Source: Terriglobia bacterium
Lineage (GTDB): Bacteria > Acidobacteriota > Terriglobia > 20CM-2-55-15
Length of the DNA: 64,000 nt
Assembly: GCA_965218585.1 (NCBI GenBank)
Contig: CBDCLE010000002.1
Coordinates: forward strand, 320,001-384,000
Reading direction: 5' to 3'
In this document: in pieces, positions 38,748-49,588 of the stretch
Position numbering within the stretch: the stretch's first letter is position 1
How the letters are laid out: each line of letters starts with the position of its first letter
Position numbers and translations under genes: made by a program
Notes under the pieces: generated by a model
Told to the model about the DNA's origin: nothing
The model's database searches: none
Seen by the model: only the letters and a program-made list of their open reading frames with translations

Positions 38748-40610
38748 ATGCATCGAAAGCACTACCCTCTCGCTGTTCTTATTGCAGCCGTTGCCGCTGT
38801 TTCTTCGATAGCTCTCGGCTCGCTGGTTGCGACTCCGGCAACGACCACCCCGGCCGCCCATCTGCTCGCCGCAGAGTCCATATCCGCTAATCGGTACATG
38901 GATCACGTCGAATTCCTGGCGGACCCCGAAATGGAAGGCCGCGGAAACGGATCTCGTGGATTGGAGGAAGCCGCAGACTACCTGGCCGCACAATTCCGCA
39001 TTTGGGGACTCAGCCCGGCCGGCGAAGACGGCACTTACTTCCAGACATTCGAATTGACAACAGAAACCGAGCTAGGCACGGGCAACCGATTGGCTTTAGG
39101 GGAAAGCGATCTGACTCCAGGTGAAGATTTCTCAGCGATTCGATTCTCATCCTCAGCCAGCATCGAAGGTTCCCTGGTTTTCGTCGGCTACGGAATCACA
39201 GCTCCCGAAATGCACTGGGACGACTACGCCGGTGTGGATGTCACTGACAAAATCGTCGTGGCTTTCAGACACGAACCCCAGGAAGAGGACGAGGACAGCC
39301 CTTTCAACGGAACGGAGTTTACGTCCCATGCATCGCTGATGAAAAAGGCGATTAACGCCAGGCAACATGGAGCAGCCGGCATCCTTTTTATTCTGGATCC
39401 CAACAACCATGGACCTGATGAGGAGGAGATCGTCTCGACCGCTACGAGGACGGCGACGGATAACTCCGGCATCGCAGTCGCGTATGCGCGGATGGAGCCC
39501 GTACTGTCTCATTTTGAGACGGGAGGTTTTGATTTGCGTCAGATGCAGACCGAAATCGACACGCGGTTAGAGTCCCGATCGTTCGAATTCGTCGGCCCCG
39601 CGGCAGCGCTGACGACTGACATCGTCCGGGTGCGGAAGCCGGTCCGCAACGTTCTGGCGTCTATCGAAGGTTCAGATCCAGAGTTGAAGAACGAATGGAT
39701 CATAGCCGGCGCACACTACGACCATCTGGGACTTGATGGCGAGTTCTCCTTGGCCCGGGATGGGGATGGACAGATTCACCACGGAGCCGACGACAACGCG
39801 TCGGGGACAGCTGGAATTCTGGAGTTGGCACGCATCGCAGGCCAGAATCGCGAATCTTTCAAGCGCTCCATTCTACTGATAGCTTTCGCGGGCGAAGAGG
39901 TCGGATTGCGCGGATCCAGCCATTTCGTGGGAGAACCGACGATCGACATCGAGAATGCCATCGCGATGTTGAATCTGGATATGATCGGGCGTTTGAGAGA
40001 TGACCACGTGTACGTGAGCGGCGTTGGTACGTCTCCGAGTTTCCGGGAGGCGCTGGAAGAGTTGAACGAGCCGATTGGACTCTCGCTGGACTATTCAGAT
40101 TCGGGCATGGGCGCCAGCGACCACATGTCGTTCAACATAAAAGGGATCCCGGTTCTTTTCTTCTTTTCCGGCCTCCATGGTGACTACCACCGGCCAACCG
40201 ATACGGCAGAGAAGATCAACGCCGATGGAGCGCGCAACGTTCTTATGCTTGCCTACCAGATGCTGGGCCGTTTGGCAGGGGAGGCCGAGCGCCCACTTTA
40301 TACGGAGGTTGTCGAACCTAGACCCGTGACAGGAAGCGGGGGCGGTTATGGGCCGTACTTCGGATCGGTCCCCGATTTTCGGGACGACCTCGGTGGCGTT
40401 CTGTTCGCAGACATCAGCCCGGGAAGCCCTGCCGAAGAAGCCGGGTTGCTGGCGGGCGACCTCATGGTTGAATTCAACGGCAAACAGATTCAGAACCTCT
40501 ACGACTTCACGTATGCACTGCAGGCGGAGGAACCTGGAAACGTCATCACCGTAGTGGTTGAACGCGACGGTGAACCTCTGGCGGCTGAAGTCACACTGGG
40601 AGCGCGCTAA
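38748..40610 (+). CDS. M28 family peptidase with PA and PDZ domains
   Basis: GAHYDHLG, GADDNASG, AGEEVGL, NLDMIGR, DYHRPTD; C-terminal PDZ. Confidence 0.93.
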   Translation: MHRKHYPLAVLIAAVAAVSSIALGSLVATPATTTPAAHLLAAESISANRYMDHVEFLADPEMEGRGNGSRGLEEAADYLAAQFRIWGLSPAGEDGTYFQTFELTTETELGTGNRLALGESDLTPGEDFSAIRFSSSASIEGSLVFVGYGITAPEMHWDDYAGVDVTDKIVVAFRHEPQEEDEDSPFNGTEFTSHASLMKKAINARQHGAAGILFILDPNNHGPDEEEIVSTATRTATDNSGIAVAYARMEPVLSHFETGGFDLRQMQTEIDTRLESRSFEFVGPAAALTTDIVRVRKPVRNVLASIEGSDPELKNEWIIAGAHYDHLGLDGEFSLARDGDGQIHHGADDNASGTAGILELARIAGQNRESFKRSILLIAFAGEEVGLRGSSHFVGEPTIDIENAIAMLNLDMIGRLRDDHVYVSGVGTSPSFREALEELNEPIGLSLDYSDSGMGASDHMSFNIKGIPVLFFFSGLHGDYHRPTDTAEKINADGARNVLMLAYQMLGRLAGEAERPLYTEVVEPRPVTGSGGGYGPYFGSVPDFRDDLGGVLFADISPGSPAEEAGLLAGDLMVEFNGKQIQNLYDFTYALQAEEPGNVITVVVERDGEPLAAEVTLGAR

Positions 40611-41719
40611 TGAGGCCTCTTGCATCGTTAATGGCGGCGATGGCATTGTTCCTGGCCGGTTGTGGGAATGTGAACGACACGGGAGAACCGGCCGGAATCA
40701 ACCAACCGGAACCTGAGAGTACGCCGGCAACCGCCCAACCCGTTGCGGAACATCTCGATGAGGTTCACATCAGAAATCCGCGACAACTGACATTTGGTGG
40801 AGAGAACGCGGAGGCTTACTTTTCGTTCAACGGTCAGGACATCATCTTTCAGTCCACACGCGACGCCAATCAATGTGATCAGCAGTACACGATGAAGACC
40901 GATGGGTCCGACCTCAGACTGGTCAGTACGGGTGAAGGACGGACAACCTGTGGATACTACACCCCAGACGGCGCGACGATCATCTATGCTTCAACCCATC
41001 TGGGAGATCCCGCTTGCCCCCCTGTTCCAGACCAGTCGTTAGGATACGTGTGGCCTCTGTACCGCAGCTTTGACATCTTTGCGGCGAACGCGGATGGGAG
41101 TGGCCTGCGCCGGCTCACCGATGTAGACGGATACGACGCCGAAGGCACAATATCTTCCGATGGCGAAAAGATTGTCTTCACGTCAACGCGGGATGGCGAC
41201 CTGGAGATCTACACGATGAATCTTGACGGCAGTGAACAGACCCGGCTCACCCATGAACTGGGGTACGACGGGGGCCCGTTCTTCTCGCCTGACAGCCAAT
41301 GGATCGTCTACCGGGCGGGTCATCCCACCGACCCCGAAGAAGTGGCCGAGTACGAAGGACTCATAGATCAGGATCTCGTCCGTCCGGACGACCTTGAAGT
41401 CTGGGTCATGCGGGCCGATGGCAGCGAAAAGCGCCAGATCACTTCGTTTGGAGGGGCCAATTGGGCGCCGTATTTCCATCCGAGCGGGGAGAAGATTATC
41501 TTCGCCTCGGATATGGACAACGAGAACCCACGCGTACCCAATTTTGAACTCTACATGATCGATATAGACGGCACAGGGCTCGAGCGACTGACGTTCGATG
41601 AAGCTTTCGACGGGTTCCCGATTTTCAGCGCGGACGGGACTCAACTCATCTGGGCCTCCAATCGGTTTGCCGAAGACCCTGGAAATACCAACGTTTTTGT
41701 TGCAGACTGGATTGAATAG
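40610..41719 (+). CDS. TolB-like PD40 beta-propeller lipoprotein
   Basis: Lipobox LAGC; repeated RLT...GYD(AE/GG)..FS.DG. Confidence 0.88.
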   Translation: MRPLASLMAAMALFLAGCGNVNDTGEPAGINQPEPESTPATAQPVAEHLDEVHIRNPRQLTFGGENAEAYFSFNGQDIIFQSTRDANQCDQQYTMKTDGSDLRLVSTGEGRTTCGYYTPDGATIIYASTHLGDPACPPVPDQSLGYVWPLYRSFDIFAANADGSGLRRLTDVDGYDAEGTISSDGEKIVFTSTRDGDLEIYTMNLDGSEQTRLTHELGYDGGPFFSPDSQWIVYRAGHPTDPEEVAEYEGLIDQDLVRPDDLEVWVMRADGSEKRQITSFGGANWAPYFHPSGEKIIFASDMDNENPRVPNFELYMIDIDGTGLERLTFDEAFDGFPIFSADGTQLIWASNRFAEDPGNTNVFVADWIE

Positions 41720-41725
41720 GAGATA

Positions 41726-41953
41726 ATGATGCCATTGTTCGAATACGTTTGCAGCCAGTGTGGAACCGAGTTTGAAAAGATCGTTCGCTCACGCACGTCG
41801 GCCGTTGAATGCGTTAGTTGCAGCAGCGCGAAGGTCGAGCGGCAGCTGTCGGTCTTTGCCGTGGCCACGGGCAGAACTGATAGCGCCGCTGGCCCAGCCG
41901 AGTTCTGCGGAACCTGCGGAATGGACGGACCGGGGTGTGGCACAGTGAATTAG
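41726..41953 (+). CDS. FmdB-family zinc-ribbon protein
   Basis: MPLFEYVCSQCG.EFE, CVSC, RQLSVFA. Confidence 0.88.
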   Translation: MMPLFEYVCSQCGTEFEKIVRSRTSAVECVSCSSAKVERQLSVFAVATGRTDSAAGPAEFCGTCGMDGPGCGTVN

Positions 41954-42077
41954 GAAAGTAACTGGTCAATAGCTACAAGCAAGATTTTCGAACCCGCCGC
42001 TCGTCACTTGTCACTCCCACACAGCACTGCCAACCTGCCCGAACATAGCCGCTCGCGGCTGTGCTAAACTGCCGCCT

Positions 42078-44933
42078 ATGCAGGATTTAGCGCGCCGACT
42101 TCGGGAAAAAATCGCCGGCGAGGTCCGCTTTGACCCCGCATCTCGTTTCCTTTACAGTACCGATGCCAGTATCTACGAGATCGAACCGATCGGAGCGGTC
42201 ATTCCTCGTAACCGGGACGACATACTTCAAACGGTGGAAATAGCTGCCGAGTTTGGAGCTCCTGTCCTTCCACGGGGCGGCGGCACGAGCCTCGCCGGTC
42301 AGACGGTCGGTCACGCAGTCATCATCGACCACTCGAAGTACTTGAACCGGGTTCTTGAGGTAAACACTGAAGAGGGCTGGGCCTGGGTCGAGCCGGGAGT
42401 AGTCCAGGAACAGTTCAACAAGCACCTGCACCCCATGGGTTTTCTCTTCGGCCCCGACACGTCGACAGCAAGCCGGGCCACCATCGGCGGGATGATAGGC
42501 AACAACTCGGCGGGCTCACACTCGATCATCTACGGCAAGACAATCGATCACATCCTGGAAATCGATGTCGTCCTCGCTTCCGGAGAGCGGCGAATCTTCA
42601 AGGAGATGGATTTCGACCACGCCCGCCGAATGGGTGGACTGGACGGACGCATCGCCGACATCGTCGACACAAACAGAAGTGAGATAGAGCGGCGATTTCC
42701 GCGTCTGATGCGCCGGGTCACCGGGTACAACCTCGATGAATTTGTCCGCAATGGAAAATTCAACCTCGCCAAACTAATTGTCGGCTCCGAGGGTACCCTG
42801 GCTCTGGTCAACCGGGCCAAGGTCCGCATCGAACCGCGACCTAAGGCCAAGGCTTTGATGGCCGTGCATTTCAAAGACATCGTCGAATCGATCGAGGCCA
42901 CCCAGGCCATCCTGCCGCTGGATCCGTCGGCCGTGGAACTCATCGACGACGTCATCCTGAACCTGGCACGGGGATCCCTGGAATTTTCGCGCCAGATAGG
43001 CTTTATCGAAGGCAACCCAGAGGCGATCCTGCTGGTCGAATTCTATGGAAGAGAACCGAAGCAGCTCGAAGCGCGACTGGATCAACTCGAGAGCATACTC
43101 AGACGTGACGGGCTCGGCTATGCGTATCCCCGATCGCTGGATCCAGCCGGCCAGGCAGCGATCTGGAAAGTACGGAAGGCAGGACTCGGACTCCTTCTGG
43201 GCATGAAGGGAGAACGCAGACCGATCGCGTTCGTTGAGGACTGTGCCGTCGAACCTCACCGACTACCGGAATTCTTCAAACGCTTCCGGTCGGTGGTGAA
43301 TAAGTACGAAACCAGTGCCGGCTATTACGGCCATGCCAGCGTCGGCTGCCTCCACATCCGGCCGTTGATCAACACCAAGCTGGGTTCCGAAATCCGAAAG
43401 ATGAAGGACATGACCAACGAAATTGCGGATCTGGTCATGGAATTTAACGGATCGATGAGTGGGGAACATGGGGATGGGCTCGCTAGAAGTCACTTGAACA
43501 AGAAACTGTTCGGGCCCGAGATATATCGGGCGTTGCAGAACGTCAAGTACGCCTTCGACCCGCTCAACAGGATGAATCCGGGCAAGATCGTAGATGCTCC
43601 TGAAATGGATGAAAACCTCCGTTTCGGAGAAGAGTACGAAACGATTCAAGTCGACACGCATTACGACTTCACGAAAGAAGGCGGGTTTGCCACGGCCATC
43701 GAACTCTGCAACGGCAACGGCGCATGCCGCAAGACGGGGGAAGGTACGATGTGTCCCTCGTATATGGTCACGCGTGAGGAAGAACACTCCACTCGGGGAA
43801 GGGCGGACTTGATGCGTGGAATCCTTTCAGGAAGGCTGTCCGGAGAAACGGTCGAGAGAGAACTTTCCGGCCAGATCCTTCACGAAGCCCTCGAACTCTG
43901 CCTTGAGTGCAAAGCCTGCAAAGCCGAGTGCCCCTCCAACGTGGACATGGCCAAACTGAAATACGAGTTCCTCGCACAACATAACGACGAAAACGGAACT
44001 CCGCTGCGTTCGACCTTGTTCGGCCATATCCACAGCCTCAGTCACGCAGCGTCACTGTGGCCGGGAGCGGCGAACCAGATGGTGCGGAACCCGACTCTTC
44101 GGGGCCTGATGGATCGATTCATGGGAATCGATCGGCGCAGGCAACTCCCCATGTTCGCTGACGAAACGTTCGAAGCGTGGTTCAGGAAACGACCCCCTCG
44201 CCGAGCGGACAACAACACGTCGACGGGAAAAGTAGTGTTGTTCCACGATACGTTCATGAACTTCAATCATCCCGAAATCGGGAAAGCTACGACACAATTG
44301 CTGGAAACAGCGGGCTACGAAGTACGGCTCGCGGACCGGGTATGCTGCGGACGACCGATGATTTCCAAAGGAATGGCCGAAACAGCGCGATCCTATGCCT
44401 CTCACAACGTGGAGGAACTTCTGGGTTGGGTCGAAGAGGGATACACAGTCGTGGGATGCGAACCGAGTTGCATCCTGACGTTCCGTGACGAATACGCCGA
44501 TCTGCTCGAAGGAGAGGCTGTAGGGAAGGTAGGCAAAGCCTGTCTTCTTCTGGACGAGTTTGTTGACCGCGAGACTCGCGAGGGGCGTTGGCGGATCGAA
44601 TTCGGTGCGATCCGCAAGAAAGCGCTGCTGCACACCCACTGCCACCAGAAAGCCCTGGTCGGAAGCACGCACCTGCACAAGATGCTCAGTGCCGCATATG
44701 ATGTTTCCGAAATCGATTCAGGTTGCTGCGGGATGGCCGGCTCGTTCGGCTACGAAAAGGAGCACTACGACGTGTCGCTCCAGATCGGACAACGTCGCCT
44801 CTTGCCTGCAGTTGAAAACGACAACGATAGTGTCGTAATTACGCCGGGCGTTTCATGCCGCCAGCAGATCTTCGACACCACGGGCAGGCACGCGCTCCAT
44901 CCCGCTGAAGCGCTCATCGCCGCTATGCAATGA
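42078..44933 (+). CDS. FAD-binding, Fe-S oxidoreductase (YdiJ/GlcDF-like)
   Basis: PRGGGTSLAGQ, SGEHGDG, CNGNGAC, CLECKAC..ECP, CCG domains. Confidence 0.93.
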   Translation: MQDLARRLREKIAGEVRFDPASRFLYSTDASIYEIEPIGAVIPRNRDDILQTVEIAAEFGAPVLPRGGGTSLAGQTVGHAVIIDHSKYLNRVLEVNTEEGWAWVEPGVVQEQFNKHLHPMGFLFGPDTSTASRATIGGMIGNNSAGSHSIIYGKTIDHILEIDVVLASGERRIFKEMDFDHARRMGGLDGRIADIVDTNRSEIERRFPRLMRRVTGYNLDEFVRNGKFNLAKLIVGSEGTLALVNRAKVRIEPRPKAKALMAVHFKDIVESIEATQAILPLDPSAVELIDDVILNLARGSLEFSRQIGFIEGNPEAILLVEFYGREPKQLEARLDQLESILRRDGLGYAYPRSLDPAGQAAIWKVRKAGLGLLLGMKGERRPIAFVEDCAVEPHRLPEFFKRFRSVVNKYETSAGYYGHASVGCLHIRPLINTKLGSEIRKMKDMTNEIADLVMEFNGSMSGEHGDGLARSHLNKKLFGPEIYRALQNVKYAFDPLNRMNPGKIVDAPEMDENLRFGEEYETIQVDTHYDFTKEGGFATAIELCNGNGACRKTGEGTMCPSYMVTREEEHSTRGRADLMRGILSGRLSGETVERELSGQILHEALELCLECKACKAECPSNVDMAKLKYEFLAQHNDENGTPLRSTLFGHIHSLSHAASLWPGAANQMVRNPTLRGLMDRFMGIDRRRQLPMFADETFEAWFRKRPPRRADNNTSTGKVVLFHDTFMNFNHPEIGKATTQLLETAGYEVRLADRVCCGRPMISKGMAETARSYASHNVEELLGWVEEGYTVVGCEPSCILTFRDEYADLLEGEAVGKVGKACLLLDEFVDRETREGRWRIEFGAIRKKALLHTHCHQKALVGSTHLHKMLSAAYDVSEIDSGCCGMAGSFGYEKEHYDVSLQIGQRRLLPAVENDNDSVVITPGVSCRQQIFDTTGRHALHPAEALIAAMQ

Positions 44934-44953
44934 GAACCCTTTGACCTGAAACT

Positions 44954-46063
44954 ATGTCTGAGCGCATACAGGGAACAGCTACCGGAGAGGGGACCCGACG
45001 ATTCGCAGATCGTTTCGATAATGCGGCCAAGGGACACTTCCGCCCGAGCCGCGAGCTGACTGTGGCGTCGGTTGGCGTGGGAACGTATCTCGGAGGAGCC
45101 GACAATCGTACCGACGCGCTCTATAAGCAGTCCATTGTTCGCGCGGTTCAATTGGGCTCGAACGTGATCGATTCAGCGATCAACTACCGTTATCAACGAA
45201 GCGAAAGAGCGATTCGCGGTGCGCTCAAAGAACTCCAGAAGGATGGGTTCAGGCGAGACGAGTTGGTTGTTGCGACCAAGGCCGGCTTCTTAAGCTTCGA
45301 TAACGAACCGCCTTCCGACGCCCGGGAATATTTCGAAAGAACATATCTGAACACAGGGCTTCTTTCGCCAAACGATATCGCTGCGGGGTCGCACTCGATT
45401 GCGCCGCGTTACCTCGAAAACCAGTTAGATCGCAGCCTCGAAAACCTTGGGCTGGACACGATAGACATCTTTTACATCCACAATCCTGAAACTCAGCTCG
45501 AAGAAATCACAACGGAAGAGTTTTCCGGACGGCTACGCAGTGCCTTCGAGTTTCTCGAATCTGCTGTAGAGGCGGGAAAGATTGGCACCTATGGAACGGC
45601 AACGTGGAACGCTTACAGGAGTGCGCCTGATTCCCGGGGCTTCTTGAGCCTCTCCAACCTTGCCGAATGCGCAACCGCTGTCGGAGGCAAGGACCATAAT
45701 TTCCGCGTCATTCAACTGCCGTACAATCTCGCGATGAGAGAAGCTTTCGCGCTGCGAAATCAGAAAGTAGGGAACAGTCTTCTTTCGCCGCTGGAAGCCG
45801 CACGCGAACTGGACATCACTGTGGTGGCCAGCGCATCGATCCACCAGTCTCGCTTAAGCCGCAACCTTCCTGAATTCCACCATACTCATTTACCCGATCT
45901 AGCCACGGACGCTCAGCGCGCAATCCAGTTTGTCCGCTCGACACCGGGGGTCACGAGCGCACTGGTCGGCATGAGTCGCCCAGACCATGTGGAAGAAAAC
46001 CTTCGTCTGGTAGCAATTCCGCCTGTCGGGGCGGATAGCATTCAAACCATCAATGCTGCGTAA
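44954..46063 (+). CDS. Aldo/keto reductase
   Basis: GVGTYLG, IDSAINY, VATKAG, DIFYIHNPE, IQLPYN. Confidence 0.9.
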   Translation: MSERIQGTATGEGTRRFADRFDNAAKGHFRPSRELTVASVGVGTYLGGADNRTDALYKQSIVRAVQLGSNVIDSAINYRYQRSERAIRGALKELQKDGFRRDELVVATKAGFLSFDNEPPSDAREYFERTYLNTGLLSPNDIAAGSHSIAPRYLENQLDRSLENLGLDTIDIFYIHNPETQLEEITTEEFSGRLRSAFEFLESAVEAGKIGTYGTATWNAYRSAPDSRGFLSLSNLAECATAVGGKDHNFRVIQLPYNLAMREAFALRNQKVGNSLLSPLEAARELDITVVASASIHQSRLSRNLPEFHHTHLPDLATDAQRAIQFVRSTPGVTSALVGMSRPDHVEENLRLVAIPPVGADSIQTINAA

Positions 46064-47057
46064 GTACATCGAAGGCCGTGAGCGCCGCTGGCACCAGCGC
46101 GACTCGAACCGCTTGCCCAGACCCTTCGCGTGGGGAGTGGAACATCTGGACTTGGGAAACGGATCGGACCCACATGCGGCTCTGGAAGATTTCGCAGCCG
46201 AAGCGGTCCGGGACAGCGAGACCTTCTATGCTCATTCTCCGACCCAGGATTACGAGTTCGACGGCCACACACTTCGGTTCCCCAGCCCTATCGAGACCCT
46301 TGATGAGGTCAACAATACGGTCTGGGGACGTTTTTTTCCTGCGCAGGGCCCCCTGGCCCTAATCGTATTGCCGCAGTGGAACGCTCAGTGGGGAAGCCAC
46401 ATCGGTCTGTGCCGGATTCTCCAACGATTCGGCATCACTACGCTACGGATGAGCCTGCCATACCATGACCATCGACGCCCCGAAGAATTTGAGCGCGCCG
46501 AACCACTAATCGGCCCGAACGTCGGACAGACCATGGCGACAACCCGACAGGCTGTACTCGAAGTCCGGCGCGCCGCAGATTGGCTTGCCGACCGCGGATA
46601 TAGCCGGCTGGGTGTCCTTGGAACCAGCATCGGATCCTGCATCGGCTTTCTGGCGATGGCCCACGATCCCCGGCTCCAGTACAACGGTTTCATACACGTT
46701 TCGTCCTACTTTGCCGACGTTGTGTGGGAAGGTCTTTCGACGAGCCACGTTCGAGAATCATTGGAAAGCGCCCTCCGGTTGGAGGAGCTGCGCCGCCTCT
46801 GGGCGCCGATCAGCCCCTACCCATTCATTTCACGACTCAGTGGAGTTCGGAAACCGCTGCTGGTACTCTGCGGCCGTTACGACCTGAGCTTCCCGTTTCA
46901 CCTCACCAGAAAATCCTTCGAAGAATTCGACCGGCATCGAGTCCCTTACGAACGCGTACTCCTCCCGTGCGGGCACTACACCATGGCCCTGTTCCCTTTC
47001 CGGGAGATCGTCGGTTTCCAGATTGTGAAGTTCTTCAGAAGGTTTCGAGGAAGTTAG
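46053..47057 (+). CDS. Alpha/beta hydrolase
   Basis: GTSIG nucleophile elbow, YDLSF, PCGHYT. Confidence 0.85.
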   Translation: MLRKYIEGRERRWHQRDSNRLPRPFAWGVEHLDLGNGSDPHAALEDFAAEAVRDSETFYAHSPTQDYEFDGHTLRFPSPIETLDEVNNTVWGRFFPAQGPLALIVLPQWNAQWGSHIGLCRILQRFGITTLRMSLPYHDHRRPEEFERAEPLIGPNVGQTMATTRQAVLEVRRAADWLADRGYSRLGVLGTSIGSCIGFLAMAHDPRLQYNGFIHVSSYFADVVWEGLSTSHVRESLESALRLEELRRLWAPISPYPFISRLSGVRKPLLVLCGRYDLSFPFHLTRKSFEEFDRHRVPYERVLLPCGHYTMALFPFREIVGFQIVKFFRRFRGS

Positions 47058-47291
47058 GAGCTCAGAAATAGGATCTCAACTTTTGGCTCTTAACTTTCAG
47101 GGCTTGAGAGTACAATCCCTATCGATGACCTGCGATCTTTGCGAAGATGACGACGGAAAAGGCACGCACTATCACGCCTTTATAGATGGAAGACACTACT
47201 GGATCTGCTCACCCTGTAAGAAGAGACTGAAAGTCGAATCCGATCACAACGACGAGTAACGCGAAACCTGCCCCGCAAACCTCTCAAGGGA

Positions 47292-48215
47292 TTATTCGCT
47301 CTTGGGTTGTTCCTCGGCGAGAATCTCGTTCTGAGCGGGTTCGGTCGCAATTTCTTCAAGGAAAGCAATGGGCGCGCCCGTCTCTTCCAGCGTTTTCTGG
47401 GCAAGCGCTTTGGGTTCGAGTTCCTCTGCAGACGTACTCAGGACAACAATATCCACCCGCCGGTTCAGGCCTCGGCCCTCCCGGGAATCGTTCGGTGCCA
47501 CGGGCCGGTACTCGCCGTATCCGACGGCCGAGAGACGGCTGGGAGGAATACCGGTTTCCGAAATCAGGTACTGGAGTACGTGCGTCGCACGAGACGTGGA
47601 CAGTTCCCAATTGGAGGGAAATCTCGCTGTCCGGATGGGGATGTTGTCTGTGTGCCCTTCCACGCGAAGGTTGTATCGCACTTCCTTCAGCTTTTCGGCG
47701 ATGCTATCAACCACAGGCAGCCCGTCTGCCTGAAGGACATCCGACCCAGGTGAGAAGAAACCGGCCTCGGCCAGACTGACGGTCAGGCCGCGTCCATCGA
47801 GAGTCAGACGGACCTTTCCGGATTCGACTTCCTCCCCGAGCATCGTCGTCAGCAGTTCGTTGACTTGATCGATCGTGTATTGGCCTTCACCCACACCGTC
47901 ACCGTTTCCGTTTCCAGAACCCATGAACTGCGTCTCGGAAAAGGCCGAATGGAGGTTACCAATTACGCTGACCTTGTTGGAAGGCAGGCCACCCTCATCG
48001 TACAGCGGAAACACCTTGCCGGCAGGCGTAAAGACAGCCATCTCGGAAAAAGCGACCTGAATGGCCTGCGCAACTTGACCGGCTTTGTCTTTGTCCTCAT
48101 TCGACGCCGCAAACATCACGACGAAGAACGCGAACAGAAGCGTGATGAAATCAGCATAAGACACCAACCACCTTTCGTGGTTGACGTGTTCCGGGTGTTT
48201 TTTCTTTCTCGCCAT
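47292..48215 (-). CDS. motB: Flagellar motor stator MotB
   Basis: ERWLVSYADFITLLFAFF; OmpA domain VEGHTDN, NWELS, NRRVDIV. Confidence 0.95.
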   Translation of the reverse strand: MARKKKHPEHVNHERWLVSYADFITLLFAFFVVMFAASNEDKDKAGQVAQAIQVAFSEMAVFTPAGKVFPLYDEGGLPSNKVSVIGNLHSAFSETQFMGSGNGNGDGVGEGQYTIDQVNELLTTMLGEEVESGKVRLTLDGRGLTVSLAEAGFFSPGSDVLQADGLPVVDSIAEKLKEVRYNLRVEGHTDNIPIRTARFPSNWELSTSRATHVLQYLISETGIPPSRLSAVGYGEYRPVAPNDSREGRGLNRRVDIVVLSTSAEELEPKALAQKTLEETGAPIAFLEEIATEPAQNEILAEEQPKSE

Positions 48216-48297
48216 CAGCGTCCTTTAGGTTCCGCGTAATCTGTGCCTCTAATCCGTGACATCCGCGTTACGGAATCCGCAGCGGGAGCGACCAGGC

Positions 48298-49077
48298 CTA
48301 ATCGCCCGGCGACTTTTCACGCATCTTCTGCAGTTCCTCATCGAGGAAAGAACTCAGTTTCCCTTCTATCAGGCGAGGGTTCTGGCCTTCGAGGATGCCC
48401 AACGTGCCTTCGAGCATCATCTCTTTGATGATCATGCGTTTCCGATGCTTGGCCTTGAGCTTCGCAGCGGCGGGCAGGAAGAAGATGTTGGCAATGCCGA
48501 CACCGTAGATCGTGGCCACGAAAGCGACAGCGATACCGTGACCGACTTCTTCGATATCGTCCAGGTGCTGCATGACCTGGATCAGCCCGAGCACAGCACC
48601 AATAATCCCAATCGTCGGCGCGTACCCACCCGCGGCTTCGAATATCTTCGCGGAAGTTTCACCGCGCTCGTCCATGTAGCCCAGTTCGACTTCCATCGTT
48701 TCGCGGAGTTCGCTGGGCTCGCTGCCATCGACCGCCATCATGGTGGCCTTCTTGAAGAAGGGGTCTTCTACATCGTTGGCGTCCTTCTCCAGCGAGATGA
48801 TCCCCTCGCGGCGCGCCTTGTTAGTGAAAGCGATGATCTGATCAATGACACCGTTAGGTTGAGCGGACTCTTCCTTGAAAACATAGATCAATTCGCTCAC
48901 GGCTCGCTGGAACGAGGCTAGAGAAAAGCCAATCATTGTGGCCCCGATCGTTCCGCCGAACACGATAAGCGCTGCTGTGGGCTGGAGAATCTGTAAGACA
49001 GAACCGCCTTCCAGGAACTGTCCGAACAAAATGCCTACGAATGCTACAGTTATTCCAAGTATCGTTCCGAGATCCAT
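48298..49077 (-). CDS. motA: Flagellar motor stator MotA
   Basis: ARREGIISLE, GGYAPTIGIIGAVLGLI, AFVATIYG, GQNPR. Confidence 0.95.
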   Translation of the reverse strand: MDLGTILGITVAFVGILFGQFLEGGSVLQILQPTAALIVFGGTIGATMIGFSLASFQRAVSELIYVFKEESAQPNGVIDQIIAFTNKARREGIISLEKDANDVEDPFFKKATMMAVDGSEPSELRETMEVELGYMDERGETSAKIFEAAGGYAPTIGIIGAVLGLIQVMQHLDDIEEVGHGIAVAFVATIYGVGIANIFFLPAAAKLKAKHRKRMIIKEMMLEGTLGILEGQNPRLIEGKLSSFLDEELQKMREKSPGD

Positions 49078-49149
49078 GGTTGTATTCCCTTACGTCTCGT
49101 GCCCGTCTCTGGCCGCTGCGGCCTAGTCCGGGCTAAAGAGTGATTCCTT

Positions 49150-49401
49150 TCACTCTTTGACGGTTTCGAGTTCCTCCATCTCTTCCTCTGTGGATCGCAC
49201 GTACACGTCAATACCCGAGGAATTAATGGCTCTTCTGTATTCAACTACCTTGCTCACGATCTCGTGAGGCCGGTCGGCAACAACGAGCTTTTCGCCCGTG
49301 GTCAGAGAGATCACCGTGTCTGCGTGCTCTCCCTCGATCATCTTGATGAGTTCACAATTGACCACCAGATCTTTCTTGTTGATCTTCTTAACTGTGATCA
49401 C
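49150..49401 (-). CDS. flbD: FlbD/SwrD-family flagellar protein
   Basis: MITVKKIN...VVNCELI..IE...DTVISLTTGEK; RBS GGAGG. Confidence 0.88.
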   Translation of the reverse strand: MITVKKINKKDLVVNCELIKMIEGEHADTVISLTTGEKLVVADRPHEIVSKVVEYRRAINSSGIDVYVRSTEEEMEELETVKE

Positions 49402-49588
49402 GCATTTCCTCCCGGAGGGATGTATTCTTCCCCTACAAACAACTCATCGGCCGGGGAATCGAGTTTCTGCAGGACTAAATGGGGTTAAGCCGATTACGGG
49501 GATTATTGTTGATCGCGCGGGTTACTGAGAGGAACTGATAGGCACTTACCTCAGACAAGAACTTCGCTCGTAACTGCCTTTTGATCAA

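Noticed and set aside
49444-49475. Sigma28 promoter for flbD-motAB
   Set aside because: A GCCGATGA -10 box is present on the minus strand but there is no convincing TAAA -35, so it is not called
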